Source of the DNA: Massalongia carnosa
Lineage: Eukaryota
Assembly (NCBI GenBank): GCA_965645245.1
Contig: OZ287070.1
Coordinates: 2,914,001 to 2,978,000, forward strand
DNA: 64,000 nucleotides
Direction of reading: 5' to 3'
Made by a program: the position numbers and the translations under genes. The notes below the pieces were generated by a model. That model was not told the DNA's origin and did not search any database. It saw nothing but the letters and a program-made list of their open reading frames with translations. Shown one piece after another: positions 22,333 to 35,000 of this stretch; position 1 is the stretch's first letter; each line of letters begins with the position of its first letter.

Positions 22333-22375
22333 GCGTACAAATAAGGAGGTTGTTAGTGAGAATAGTGACACTGAA

Positions 22376-25300
22376 ATGAAGATGATTAGGGTCTCTACTT
22401 GTGCTGTCCGCGATACTGAAAAGAAAATCGAGGGCAAGCATTTAGTTTTTAAAACTAGCATAGCTGGAATTAAAACCCGTTTACTGATCGATAATGGAAG
22501 TGAAGCTGAACTCATTGACGAATCCTTTGTGCGTAAACACAAATTGAACACCTTCAAACTGGATAAGAAGGTGAAACTTACTTTGGGAAATGGAGAGGTA
22601 GTACAGCTCCTCTCGAAGGCCGCCTTGATCGACGTGAAAATTGGAGATCACGAAGAGCAAGTCTTATGTTATTTAGCAAAACTAGAAGCGTACGCAGTCA
22701 TTCTAGGGGATGGATGGCTGCAAACGCACAACCCAATGATCAATTGGAAAGAGAGAACGATGAAGTTCAACTCATCTGATTGCCTCGAAAAGGGATGTCT
22801 TACACGAGGGATAAGTTGCACCGAATTCGCTGTGGGAGGCAGGGTTAAGAATAGGACCGAGCCTAAAGAAGATATCGAAGTTCTCCCAGTCAACGCAAAA
22901 CACTTCTTTCGAATGGTCAGAAAGAAGGATCACGAGGGTTACCTATGGGTTCCTCGAGAAACAAAGAAGGCCTTATGCGCAACTATCACCGGAGCAGTGA
23001 CATCGGGAGATTACGACAAGTTCATGAAGGGAAAACCGGAATACACCCGAGAGGAGTTGTTGAAGAGAGTCCCAGCAGCTTATCACAGCGTAATAGATGT
23101 CTTCATGAAGCACAAGGCAGACGAACTGCCCGAACATCGAAAGGAGGATCACCAGATAATCCTCGAAGCAGGAAAAGAGGCTCCGTACGTGAGGAACTAC
23201 AAGCCCATGTCAGAACAAGAACTGGAAGCAGTTAAAAAATACATCGATGAACATCTGGAAAAAGGTTTCATCCGTCCTAGCTCTTCAAGCGCAGCAGCCC
23301 CCGTTCTTCTAGTTAGGAAACCAGGGGGTGGCCTAAGATTCTGCGTAGATTATAGAGCCTTGAACTCCATCACCATCAAGAACAGGTATCCAATACCGTT
23401 GATAAATGAGACATTGGGAAAACTGTCGCAAGCCAAGAAGTTCACGAAACTGGATGTGATTAGCGCGTTCAATCGTATGAGAATGAAAGAAGGCCATGAG
23501 TGGCTCACAGCTTTCAATACCAGATATGGTCAGTTCGAATATCTGGTGATGCCATTCGGTCTCTGCAACGCTCCAGGGACTTTTCAAAGCTTCATCAACG
23601 ACACAGTCAGAGAATATTTAGACGTTTTCTGCACGGCGTATTTAGACGATGTCTTGATTTACAGCGAAAACGAAGAAGAGCATTCCGAACAAGTGTTAAT
23701 AGTCCTAACTCGATTGAAAGAGAAAGGACTGCAAGTGGATATAGACAAATGCGAATTCTCCGTAACGAAGGTAAAGTATCTTGGACTGATAGTCACCACC
23801 GAGGGGATAAAAATGGACCCGGAGAAAATCGAGGCGATTCTAAAATGGGAGACCCCAGGATCCGTCAAAGACGTGCAAGCATTCTTAGGCTTTGCGAATT
23901 TTTATCGACGATTTATATCGAGGTTTTCGCAACGAACGAGACCATTAACAGAGTTAACGAAGGGTGAACAAATAACAACTAAATCAGGAAAGAAACGAAC
24001 CAAGTATAACTCGTTCGTTTGGTCCGAAGATTGTCAGAAAGCCTTCGAAGATTTAAAGAATGCATTCACCACCGCTCCCGTTTTAGCACATTACGACCCG
24101 GCCCTGGAAACGTGGGTCGAGACTGACTCTTCAGATTTCGTTAGCGCCGGAGTACTCTCTCAAATGCACGACGGAGTACTGAAACCAGTGGCTTATTTCT
24201 CCAAAAAGATGACCCCTGCCGAGTGTAACTATATGATTTACGATAAGGAGCTCCTCGCAATTGTAAAGAGCTTCGAAGTCTGGCGTCCCGAAGTTGCAAG
24301 TGCTGCTCCTGACAAACCCGTTAAAGTATACACCGATCACAAGAATTTGGAGCATTTTATGACGACAAAGCAGCTAAACAGAAGACAAGCCAGATGGGCT
24401 GAATTTCTTTCCGAGTTTAATTTCAAGATAATGTATCGACCGGGGAAGCAAGGAGAAAAACCGGACACGCTGACCCGACGCTCTCAAGATCTCCCGAAGG
24501 GATTCGAAGATATCAGAGAGCAACATCAATTTCAAACGTTGTTGCAGGAGCATCAACTAGATGACGATATACGAAAAGCGTTAGCGGTCGTGTTCTGCGC
24601 AAACACGATAGACGACGATAACGATAACGATCAAGATGATCGAAGCGTAGCCACTGAGGAAGACGCAACAGAATCAGAGGAACCTAACGCAGAACATACA
24701 CCAGTGACCGACGTGACCGAGAGCTCGATAACGAAGACCTTGGAAGAACTAATAGAAGAGGCTTACGAAAAGGACGAAACGGTTCAAGACATAATAGCAG
24801 CAAAGAAGAAGGAACTGAGAAAACTCCCACTGAACCTCATAAAAAGAGGGATAAAGCTAGCCATGGGGGACCTCAAATTAGAAAACGACAAGCTGTATGT
24901 CAAAAGAAGATTATACGTACCAGATCACGAGTCATTGCAATTGCATTTACTGCAAAAGCATCACGAACCACCATTACAGGGCCATCCGGGATACAAAAGT
25001 ATGTATCAAATAATGAGAGAAAATTACTTCTGGTTCGACATGAAGGAGCACTGCAAGAGATACGCCGTGAACTGCTCAGTATGTCGTAGATCAAAAGCAT
25101 ACAACGACAAGAAGCAGGGACTGTTGAATCCTCTCCCCATCCCGAATAGAAAATGGATGGACGTATCATTGGACTTCGTTGAATTTCTTCCAGAATGCCG
25201 AAGACGGAACAGAGTCTATCAGCACATATTGGTGATAGTAGATCGTTTAACGAAAAGACGATTATACGAACCACTAACATCTCTCTCTACTGACGAACTG

Positions 25301-26308
25301 ATGGACGCGATGTCCAGAAGATTATTCTCCTCTTACGGATTCCCTATATCAACAGTCAACGATCGCGGTAGTCAACTAACCGCTCACTTATGGAAAAGAG
25401 TTTGCGAAAGATACGGGGTGAGAATAAAATTCTCTTCCGCACATCACCCCGAAACAGACGGTCAAACCGAGAACGCCAACAAGGTGATGAAGAACTACCT
25501 CCGAGCGTACGTCAGTTACACACAAGACAACTGGGTGGATTATCTCTCGGACGCAGAGTTTGCCGCCAACAATCATGTAAATGTATCTACGGGAATGACC
25601 CCATTCTTCGCAGATCATGGCTTTCATCCGCGCTGTGGCATCGAACCACCAGGCACATATGAAGGAAAAGGAAGAGCGGAGATACTGCACGCTGACAAGA
25701 TCATAGAACGACAGGAAGCCATGCGAACCTGGCTTCGAGATCAATTAGCCTGGGCTCAGGAAGAACAAACAAGGCATGCAAACAAAGGCCGCCAACCTCA
25801 TCCCGAATACAAGGTCGGGGACATGGTTTATGTTAACGCCAAACATTTCGCTTTCGAAAGACCCAGCAGATCGTTAAGTTTCAAGAACGCAGGCCCGTGG
25901 AAGATAATAAGAATTATCGACAATAAAGCCTACGAACTAGAGATCCCGGATCAGTTAAAGAACGTTGATCTTACTTCCATCTTTCATCCATGGAAGCTAC
26001 ATCTAGCACCTTCCAATCCATTCCCAGGTCAAGTCTTACCGCCCGGACCGCCCATAGCCATTGTCGAGAACGACGAAGAGGAGGCTCACGAAGAGTGGGA
26101 AGTCCTTGAAATAGTAGACTGCCGCGAAACAAGGAAATTCGGAGTGCAGTACAAAGCAACTTTCGTCGGCAACTGGGACGAATGGAATGCGAACCCTTAC
26201 TGGCAATCATGGACCGACTTCAAGAACTCCAAGGATAAAATCCTTCAATATCATCGCGAACACCCACATAAGCCGAAACCACCAGAAGACCTGACAGAAA
26301 CAGGCTAG
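22376..26308 (+). CDS. pol: Pol of element A copy 2 (PR-RT-RNase H-IN-chromodomain)
   Basis: Same motifs as copy 1; intact 1310 aa frame. Confidence 0.97.
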   Translation: MKMIRVSTCAVRDTEKKIEGKHLVFKTSIAGIKTRLLIDNGSEAELIDESFVRKHKLNTFKLDKKVKLTLGNGEVVQLLSKAALIDVKIGDHEEQVLCYLAKLEAYAVILGDGWLQTHNPMINWKERTMKFNSSDCLEKGCLTRGISCTEFAVGGRVKNRTEPKEDIEVLPVNAKHFFRMVRKKDHEGYLWVPRETKKALCATITGAVTSGDYDKFMKGKPEYTREELLKRVPAAYHSVIDVFMKHKADELPEHRKEDHQIILEAGKEAPYVRNYKPMSEQELEAVKKYIDEHLEKGFIRPSSSSAAAPVLLVRKPGGGLRFCVDYRALNSITIKNRYPIPLINETLGKLSQAKKFTKLDVISAFNRMRMKEGHEWLTAFNTRYGQFEYLVMPFGLCNAPGTFQSFINDTVREYLDVFCTAYLDDVLIYSENEEEHSEQVLIVLTRLKEKGLQVDIDKCEFSVTKVKYLGLIVTTEGIKMDPEKIEAILKWETPGSVKDVQAFLGFANFYRRFISRFSQRTRPLTELTKGEQITTKSGKKRTKYNSFVWSEDCQKAFEDLKNAFTTAPVLAHYDPALETWVETDSSDFVSAGVLSQMHDGVLKPVAYFSKKMTPAECNYMIYDKELLAIVKSFEVWRPEVASAAPDKPVKVYTDHKNLEHFMTTKQLNRRQARWAEFLSEFNFKIMYRPGKQGEKPDTLTRRSQDLPKGFEDIREQHQFQTLLQEHQLDDDIRKALAVVFCANTIDDDNDNDQDDRSVATEEDATESEEPNAEHTPVTDVTESSITKTLEELIEEAYEKDETVQDIIAAKKKELRKLPLNLIKRGIKLAMGDLKLENDKLYVKRRLYVPDHESLQLHLLQKHHEPPLQGHPGYKSMYQIMRENYFWFDMKEHCKRYAVNCSVCRRSKAYNDKKQGLLNPLPIPNRKWMDVSLDFVEFLPECRRRNRVYQHILVIVDRLTKRRLYEPLTSLSTDELMDAMSRRLFSSYGFPISTVNDRGSQLTAHLWKRVCERYGVRIKFSSAHHPETDGQTENANKVMKNYLRAYVSYTQDNWVDYLSDAEFAANNHVNVSTGMTPFFADHGFHPRCGIEPPGTYEGKGRAEILHADKIIERQEAMRTWLRDQLAWAQEEQTRHANKGRQPHPEYKVGDMVYVNAKHFAFERPSRSLSFKNAGPWKIIRIIDNKAYELEIPDQLKNVDLTSIFHPWKLHLAPSNPFPGQVLPPGPPIAIVENDEEEAHEEWEVLEIVDCRETRKFGVQYKATFVGNWDEWNANPYWQSWTDFKNSKDKILQYHREHPHKPKPPEDLTETG

Positions 26309-27139
26309 CTGACAGGGCGCCTGCCACTTAGCGCTTCGGAGACCTCGCCCATAGAAGGGGGGGATAGTGTCAGGGTCCTAGCCTGACATAGAGATAGAAG
26401 GTTGACCTTAGAGGTGTTCGAGGTAACCGGTTAGGCTTAGCGCCAGCCGAGATAGAAAGAGGGATCACGGGATCGCGCGAGGCTAGCGCGACACTCGACG
26501 CAGATATTTCTAGCGAGTCGCGCACAATAATTCTTTTCTTTCTTTGTAGATAAATTTTAGTTTAATAGCGGTTGAAAAGAATCGACGACAGCTACCTTAC
26601 ACATATCCCAGAAAAAGCCTCGTTTTTTCAACTTATTGGCCGAAACCAACGTCACTGATGAATCAGGAATATAAGCTGTTCCTTCGAATAATAGCTCCCT
26701 TTTCTGGCCATTCAATAAACCATTTACCCTCATTGTGCCATGACCATGGATTTTCATCTCCCCGTCGGGGGTGTCCACCCACATGTCTGACGAAGTTGGG
26801 GTTATTTCTCCTATAAACCGTGATCTATCATAGGTCAGAGGGTTATCGCATCCGGAGTCAAATATGACGCTTTTATGCAAGGGGTTATTTGCCCTAGATG
26901 TAACGTTCGCAAACGAGAAGGATTGATCAAGTTAAAAGGAGACTCTGGTTGCAGGTAATCGCATTGACTATATAGCTATCTGAAAGGAAAAGAGCAGACT
27001 TTTCACCAAAGGGCAAAGCACGCTAAACCTAAAACCTTCCTAGAGAAGATTAGACTACCCGCTATCCACGCAGTGAGCCCAACAAGCCATTATAACTATA
27101 ATCGCAACCGCCATTCAACAGTCCCCCTGCGGTGCGATA

Positions 27140-30100
27140 CTACCTTACTCTTTCCATTTTTTGCAGTCCCAATTGACTAATGAACCGATTGAAGATGGGC
27201 TTATTTAGAGGCTTGGTTAGGCCGTCGGCAATCATCTCTCCGCTGGGTATGTACTCGACCTGAATTCGATTTCGCTTGTGCAGGTCCCGAATGTGATGAT
27301 AGGCAACGTCGATATGCTTAGATCTATCATGAATGTGAGCATCTTTTGCCAGTTGGATAGCGGCTTGATTATCTCCTTTTAACCGCATCGGGGAGTCAGC
27401 TTGATGCGTCAAGTTCTCACGAATATTGACGTTATGACTGAAATATTTCTCGAAGCCTATGTCTTTCATCAGCTGAACGAGCCATAAACCCTCCTTAGCA
27501 CAAGTTGATAAGGCCATGTATTCTGCCTCCGTTGTAGACGTAGCAACCGACTTTTGCTTTCTGCTCATCCACGATATAGGCCCTCCCCCTAGCATGTACA
27601 CGTATCCCAAGATCGATTTTCTTTCGAGCCTATCAGCTGCGTAGTCTGAGTCGGAATACCCAATGAGGCCTTGGCCATGATTCCCCCCAGCCCCATACAG
27701 TATACCGATGTCAATGGTGGACCGAACGTATCTAAACAGCGTCTTTAGTGCATGACCGTGATGAGCAGCTGGATCACTGAGATATTGGCTTAGCCTTCCA
27801 AGAGCAAAAGCTATATCTGGCCGCGTATGAATTGCCGCGTACATCAGGCTTCCAACAATTTGCTGATATTCTCTTTGATCTATGCGCTTATCATCTTTTC
27901 CAGCCGGTCGCAATGAATCATAGCCGTTCATTGGAATTTCGGTAGGCCTATGTTTGTCAGCGCTCATATGTGTTCTCTCCATCACATCTTTGAGATAATG
28001 CGTCTGGTCCATTCGAAGAGTTCGATTTTTCCGATCTCTGGTTACTCGTATGCCCAGAACCTTCGACACTTCTCCTAGGTCCTTGATGCTAACGGCAGCA
28101 TTGAACTCTTTCTTGAACCAATCGATCTCTTTCATCATTTTGGAGGCGATCACCAGGTCATCTACGTGCATGAATATGATGATTCCCTTTTTAGGATGAG
28201 TGAATAGGCATGGGTCAGATGAGCATTGAATGAAGCCTAGTTTGGTCAGCTCATTTGTACAGCGGCTATTCCATTCTCTGGCGGACTGCTTTAAACCGTA
28301 TAGACTTTGCAGAATCTGAAGAACTCTACCAGGGGCAACGTTTACTCCTTCCGGTGCGGTCATGTAAATGACATCTTTCAAGGTTGATTGGGTAAATGCG
28401 TTATTCACGTCCACTTGATGACATTCCAGGTTTTCCATCGCTACTATGGCAAGCACTGCACGTAGGGTATCTGATCTTACCGTGGGGGCGAAAGTGTCCT
28501 CATAGTCGATGCCGTATTTTTGAGTAAACCCACGGGCGACTAATCTTGCTTTAAACTTCTCCAATGAGCCATCGAGGTTGGTTTTTACTTTAAACACCCA
28601 TTTGCAGGTGACGATGTTCGTTTTGGGAGGTGGAACAACTTCTTTCCAAGTCTTATTACCGATGAGCGCCTTGATCTCGGTGTTCACTGCTTCTTTCCAT
28701 AGTTCCCCCCACACCGGATCATTTACTGCTTCCTTGTAAGACTTAGGCTCGGGTATGTTTCTTTCAAATGAAGAAGCATCAGCCGATAGGGCAGATTCGA
28801 ATTTGAGATAGCCATCTTCATCCTCGTTATTATCGTCGGCGAACAGCGCTAGAAAAGCGCGCGGTATTTTGAAAGCCGGTTCTTCGGGAACTGAGTCTTC
28901 ATCAGATCGCTTTCGCTTCGGGATTGCAACATGAGAGAATATGCTAGTGCTAGCCTTAGGCACAGCTGCGGCTGGGATTGAATCATTCGCTATGGGCGAC
29001 TCTTCGGAAGTTGGGATTGGTGGTACGTTTTGAGTGACATCATCTTTCGGGTTTGGTTGGTCATGAGTTTGATTCTGTTGACTAGAAACCTCCACATGCG
29101 AAAATCTTTCTACTAATTTGGCGGGTTCGCTGATTTTCGTTTCTTTTGTCTTTTGTGGTCTTCCTACTGGCCGTCTTTCTGGTAGCACGTTGGGTGTCTG
29201 CTTCCGCAAGTTTAAATCAACGCTGCCACCTTTTAAATTTTCATCAAATTTTACGACATGGCTTCTGATGATTTTTCCCATGTCGGGTGCCCAGAGACGA
29301 TACTGTTTAGTGGTCTCTTCTACATATCCCATAAAGACTCCGATTCTGCCTCTGTCCATGAACTTGTCCCTTCTGTCCCCCGCGGGTAGCGATTTGGGAT
29401 CGACGTACGAATAGCATTTGCATCCCCATACCCTAATGTGATCAATGGATGGCTTGACGCCCGTGAAGGCTTCTTCCGGTGTGCTAGCATAGCCGTCGAT
29501 GATCGGTCCGCATCCCGTGCGATTCCGAAGATATGCATCAGTTTCCATGGCTTCCTTCCAGAATTCGATTGTGAGTTCTGCATCCTTTATCATGGCTCGC
29601 ACCGAGTTCTCGGTGGTACGAATTGCTCGCTCGGCGACTCCGTTCTGAATAGACATATGAGGAACGGTGTATTGCGGAATAATACCGATTGAGGAGCACC
29701 ATTCATCAAGAGTAGCCTTCAGCTCGGTGGCATTGTCACTCCGTACAGCCAATAGTCTTTGTGCACTTTGTAATTCGACTTTTATTCTCCATTTTCGCAA
29801 TTCACCTGGTGCTTCGTCTCGCCTTTTGAGTGGAATGGACCATATCTTTCTAGAATAGTTGTCCACAATTTCCAAAAAGTATGTGTATCCTTCTCGAGAG
29901 GCAGGCAAAGGACCGCAAATATCGATGGAGACCAGAGCCAGAAGTGAGGTTTTTCGCTCGGTCGGTTTGCCTCTTTTATTGGTGAGCTTAGTGAGCGCGC
30001 ATACCTCGCAAATGTGATCCTCTTCTTTGCTGACCGGAATAGGCTTTTCTAGGGTGGTGACCTTATGCAGGTTACGAAGCTTTTCTCGGCCTAGGTGAGC

Positions 30101-31813
30101 GAATCTTCGATGCTATAGCCTGTACGTTTCAGAGTTTTTGTCCGTCTTGGTTGGGTTAAGTGCGGGTGTTGACTCAATCTCGATTTCCATATTGTTATGT
30201 GTTGTTGGACATGTTAAACCCGCGCCGCGCGGCTTTAACGCCTCTGATGAAGACGAGAGTGATGCAATATCAACTTTGCTTGGAAAGGCAATGTCATGAT
30301 GCATGGACGCGGTTAATGCGAATTCATCGAGATCCTTTGCTATTTTCTCGACGATATATACTCCCCCTCGCTGCCGTGCCTCCATGATCTCCTTGCCTTG
30401 CTTGTCATGCATCTTCAGCCCGTGCTGATCGAAACTTCCGATGAGGCCCTTCTCGCACATCCGCCTTCCAGACAAGAGATTAACCCCTAGCTTGGGGACA
30501 TAAAGGACAGAAGAAAGAAATCCCAGATTTCCGTGCCCATCCTTGATCACGCACGTACCGCGATGACATGCTCTCAATTCTCCCCCGCCGACCTTTATTC
30601 TTCTTTCTCTAATCTTTGTCAGAGGTCCGCTAAAGAGCTGAAGCTTGTCAGTCATGTGGGATGATGCGCCAGAGTCAGCTACCCATTTTGATCTGGGAAT
30701 CTTACAGACTGCTTCTCTGGAGAGGGCCGCAGTTTCCTCGAGATCATCTAGATCATCGTCATTGTCGCCTGATGAGAAGCTATCGTTCTCGTCCTCTTCT
30801 TCTGACTCGCCAGCGAGATAGCTCCGATGGCGCTTGACGGATGATTTGCCTTTATTGACCTCTTTCTTCTTCTTCGCGAGGCTCCTGACGTGGCTGCGAG
30901 TGCTTTCCAAGAATTCGCACTCTTTGGTCCAGTGGCCGACTTCTCCACAGATTAAGCATCCCTTTTGCGAGTTGTCCTTGATTTTCGTTTCTCTCTTTGC
31001 ACTTGAGGACCTTTCGTGCCGTCTGGATCGCTCCTGCCTGGAGTTGTTGAATGTGCTTTGACTTCTGGATGGGTTGAGAGGCCGTCGCTGCTCTCTTCGC
31101 TGTTCTTTCTGCTTTGCGAGCAAGGCTAAATCTGCTTTCGCCTGTGTTAGCTGAATTTCTTTGTCTTCCAACCTTTTTATGCCAATTTCGGCATCTACTC
31201 CCCCAATTGCATCAATTCCGTCCCTAATGACCGCGTACTCGGCTGGGAGAGATTGTAAGAGTAATTGGAATAGTTGCCGAGTGGGAAATGCGTCTCGAAG
31301 TGTGGGTGTGGCCATGACGACCTTGTCTCTCAACAACAAAAGTTCCCCCCATGCTTCCTGAACGGTGGTGTTCTCTTTCATTTTATATGACACCAGCTCT
31401 TGAAGGTAATGTCTTCCTGAAGTGGGAAGGATGCTGTTGTACTTGCTTAACAGCGAGGTCCACTTTTCCGCCGCTGTCTTCATCACTCTTACGCGTTCTT
31501 GATCGAATTGGCTTAAGCAGATGGTTATAAGATAGCATGCTTTAGCGTTGTCCTTTCTCCATCTTTCCGAATCGATAATTGGGGTTTCCCGGGTGAGGGG
31601 TGTGTCTGATTTATCTATTCCTTTTCCATCAAGGCTTAATTTGTCCATTCGCTGCTGAAGGTACGAGGAATTGGGCTGTGGCTCGCTTATTGTATGAAAG
31701 ATGCCTTCCGCTTCGAAATGCATTTCGGCCAGCTCGAACCATCTTTGATAGTTCTCCCTTGTCAGAACGGGCAAGGGTCTTCTTTTCGCTAGATCGTCTG
31801 CGATTGTTGTCAT
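27140..31813 (-). pseudogene. Copia C gag-pol polyprotein with a single nonsense codon (W to TAG, 30113..30115)
   Basis: ORFs 30113..31813 and 27140..29908 are in frame; YRL*HRRFAHLG matches the WHxRxxH motif; CLICGEVGHWTKEC, WVADSGAS, QNGVAER, HVDD, IADGLTK. Confidence 0.92.
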
Positions 31814-31852
31814 TTTTGATATTTGATTGTGCTTGTTGGATCCGTCGTATCA

Positions 31853-32036
31853 AGCTGCCGGGAGTGCTGGTTTATCCTGCCACAGGAATCGTAAGGAGCT
31901 GCCGAGGTGCTGGTTTATCCTACCATAGGAATCGTAAGGAGCTGCCGAGGTGCTGGTTTATCCTACCATAGGAATCGTAAGGAGCTGCCGAGGTGCTGAT
32001 TCTTCCTACCTAAAGGAATCGTAGTCGAGCTGCCGA
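31853..32036. repeat. 43-bp tandem repeat, about 4 copies, in the copia C leader
   Basis: Unit AGCTGCCGAGGTGCTGGTTTATCCTACCATAGGAATCGTAAGG. Confidence 0.9.
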
Positions 32037-35000
32037 GATAGCGATTTGCGAAGAGCTATATCCTTTTCTGATGTTCGGAAGCTTGTTGCTGACCGTGCTC
32101 ATAACCAGTTAAAAGGAGACTCTGGTTGCAGGTAATCGCATTGACTATATAGCTATCTGAAAGGAAAAGAGCAGACTTTTCACCAAAGGGTAAAGCACGC
32201 TAAACCTAAAACCTTCCTAGAGAAGATTAGACTACCCGCTATCCACGCAGTGAGCCCAACAAGCCATTATAACCATAATCGCAACCGCCATTCAACAGAT
32301 CAGGCGATTCAATGTGATTGCCCTGATTATGTTGATTATTCTCTGCTTTTTGGGAGCTCTTTTTGACTGACTCCTCAGTTATTCCGTCTAGTATGTTGGT
32401 ATCGGTGACCTTCTTAATGGCCATGAAAAACCGAATGTTTGACTGAATTTTCTGACGCATTTCATTGTGTACGGTTTTATCTTCCTTCCATACAGGGGGG
32501 CGAGCTGATTTGACGATATATGGGCATAGCCTAAACAGGTGTATTTTCCCACATACGCACTTTCTATCCTTGAATCTGGCCTCTTTTGATTGACCATTCC
32601 ATTGACTTGATTGGCTAGGCCCCGGACCTTTATTTTCGTCTTGCATTTGCCCCTGCAGCGAGGCTGCATTAGCTTGATTTCTAGACGTTGATTGTGCCTC
32701 ATTCAGGAATGATTCCACGGCTAAACGATATTCCCTGGTTGTCTCGTAAAATTCAACCGTCGTCTTAGCAGCCCTATGCTGCATTACCCAGTTTTCACAG
32801 AAATTGGGCGCCCATTTCTTCCCTGATTGGAGAAATTCATTGATGAATATGGTCTCGGAGCCAAATAGGCCCGTTACATTGAGCTCTACAATTTGTCCCT
32901 TAATATTCTCCCAATCAGCTACCCATGCCTCTATTTTACCTTTAATGGGCGGGGTTTTTAGGGCTAGAAATTGCTCATGCAATTGCTCTATGACCTGGTC
33001 ATCTGACCGCTTATATCTTGCAGCCAGAATTTTCACTATTTCCCTAACCGATGAAGCCATCTTATTGGGGGGGATGTATGCTCGTGCGGAGCTCTTTAGT
33101 GCATTGTCCACTATTCTGAGTCCTTGGGCGACCTTCTCCACCTGTTTTTCCTTCATCTTATAGGCTGATATCTCCATTTAATAGTCCTCCTTTTGCTCAG
33201 CCGATAAATCGCCCTATTTCTCAGCCGATTTGGTGGCTATTACAACACCACTTCTATAATGGGGTAAGCAATTCCACCTGCTGGCTGTGCTTGAATAGGG
33301 ACTTGATATTGTGAAACTTCCGGATATTCTCCCTCTTCGGGCTCCGGTTTTGAACCATTGGGGTCCACATATTGCCATACCTTCGCTTTCTCGGATATTC
33401 CTTGTAATTCCCTAATCCATAGATGATAATTCTTGGGAGTTAGGGCGATCATCGTTGCTTTGTTGGTCTCCTCCATTTTGATCGTTTTGTTGGATCGTTT
33501 TGGGAAGAGGGTTTTATTCAACTAGATCAATGAGTAGGAATTGAAGCTTCTATGCTCTCCGGGCTCATAACTATCAAGCTGTATGGGCTAATGTGGAATA
33601 TGAGTGAAAAGGAGTGGTGTGTATTGATCTATGGGAGGTCTAGGCTAGCTAACTGAGGGATATCTCATAGGGGTTCGTGGGTCATGTGACCCATGGCGGG
33701 TCATGTGACCCCTAATCGCCTGACAATAAGGCTGAGATGGAAAGGGGGATCACGGGAGCTCTTGAGGCTAGCGCGACACTCGGTGCAGATATTTCTACCG
33801 AGTCGCGCACAATGATTCTTTTCTTCTTTGTAGATAAATTTTTAATAGCGGTTGATTAGAATCGACGACAGCTTCCTTACACAATTTATCTACCTATCTA
33901 TTAGTATGCTTTCTTCCAGAACTTCCAGTAGGGACGATGTCCCGTTCCAGCTACTTTCCCCAGATAGAGTAAAAGTAACTTTCCAGACTGATCGTTTGTG
34001 CGAATCCAAACCGATCCAAATTCCAGAACTTCCAGAACTTTTAAAATCAGGGAATCAAGCTTTCCCACTTTCAGAATCCAGTCATGAGCTCAAAAACGCC
34101 CATGATGGCGAGAAAGGCCGTAGCCCCTTCCGCAGAGACCCAGACTGGCCTAGCATTTAACACCCGCGCTCGTTCTGTCTCCCGTCATTCGTCTCGCTCG
34201 GATAGCAGCATGCCGGGAACGTTTGAAGACTCCGAATAACCTCAGAACAAACAGATTAAAGAAACCATGGAGGGGACGTGGGAAAAAACCCCCAAGAGCA
34301 GGACGTGAAAAAGAAAAAGAGTTTTTCCAGAAGATCGATGTCTCCGATCACCCATATTAGGAGAAGGATGCCGCAGAGCATCCGTCCCACATTGCAGCAC
34401 TCCATTTGAAGGAATTGCAGAGCATCTTGCGAGACGAGAAAGAAGGACCCCGATGGTATGACTTCCTCACGAGAGCGCTCGAATACGACAAGACTCTATT
34501 TAACAAATACATCTCCATGCAGGGCGACCTGAATATGCTTGCCGAGGCCAAAAGGATCAACAGACGTTACAAACAAGTACATGAACGTCTCATCGCGGAA
34601 AAATACGATGCCTAACGAGATACCCTTCTCGCGCAAGAAGAACTATCGCATAGAGATATCGAATTGAAGGCAATGACTATAGCGAAAGAGAGATTACAGA
34701 AAGACAGAGACTCCCTAATTCGCCAGTTAGCGGAAACACGGGAAACACCACGTCATCAACGAGAAGATACCGTTACTACTCAAAGGACCAACGCCAATCC
34801 CCAGAATTGGCGACCCCGGGGTATAAATCCTAGCAAGCCACTGAAAGGTGAGGACTCGGAGGAGTATAGCCCTTGGGCGTACTCCGTCCGCAAAAAACTG
34901 AAGACAGACGCACCTCTCTACGCCGATGAGAACGAAAAGGTCGGTTGCGCGCTGTCTCAAATGGAAGCGCCGATCTTCGGGGCTATGCACTCTTGGGTAG

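Larger units (their letters stand above)
20214..26601 (+). mobile_element. Ty3/Gypsy chromovirus A, copy 2 (full length, 6388 bp; inverted near-identical twin of copy 1)
   Basis: LTRs 20214..20447 and 26368..26601; Gag identical to copy 1, one G/R difference seen in Pol; flanks TAATC / CATAT. Confidence 0.97.
26930..32297 (-). mobile_element. Ty1/Copia element C, full length, nested in B
   Basis: 191-bp LTRs at 26930..27120 and 32107..32297, TSD GATCA, PBS GGTTATGAGCAC, PPT GCAGGGGGAC. Confidence 0.96.
26602..33725 (-). mobile_element. Ty1/Copia element B, 5' half (5' LTR, decayed gag, protease), interrupted by copia C
   Basis: 154-bp LTR 33572..33725, PBS GTTATGAGCCC, gag pieces 33240..33521 and 32298..33177, protease VIFDSGC in 26602..26929; removing C and one TSD copy restores the frame (PDQSFSFANV). 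Confidence 0.9.

Noticed and set aside
30113..30115. Programmed read-through between copia C gag and pol
   Set aside because: The TAG replaces the conserved Trp of WHxRxxH, downstream of the protease, so it is best read as a nonsense mutation
31853..32036. CRISPR-like repeat
   Set aside because: Head-to-tail units without spacers, inside a retrotransposon leader
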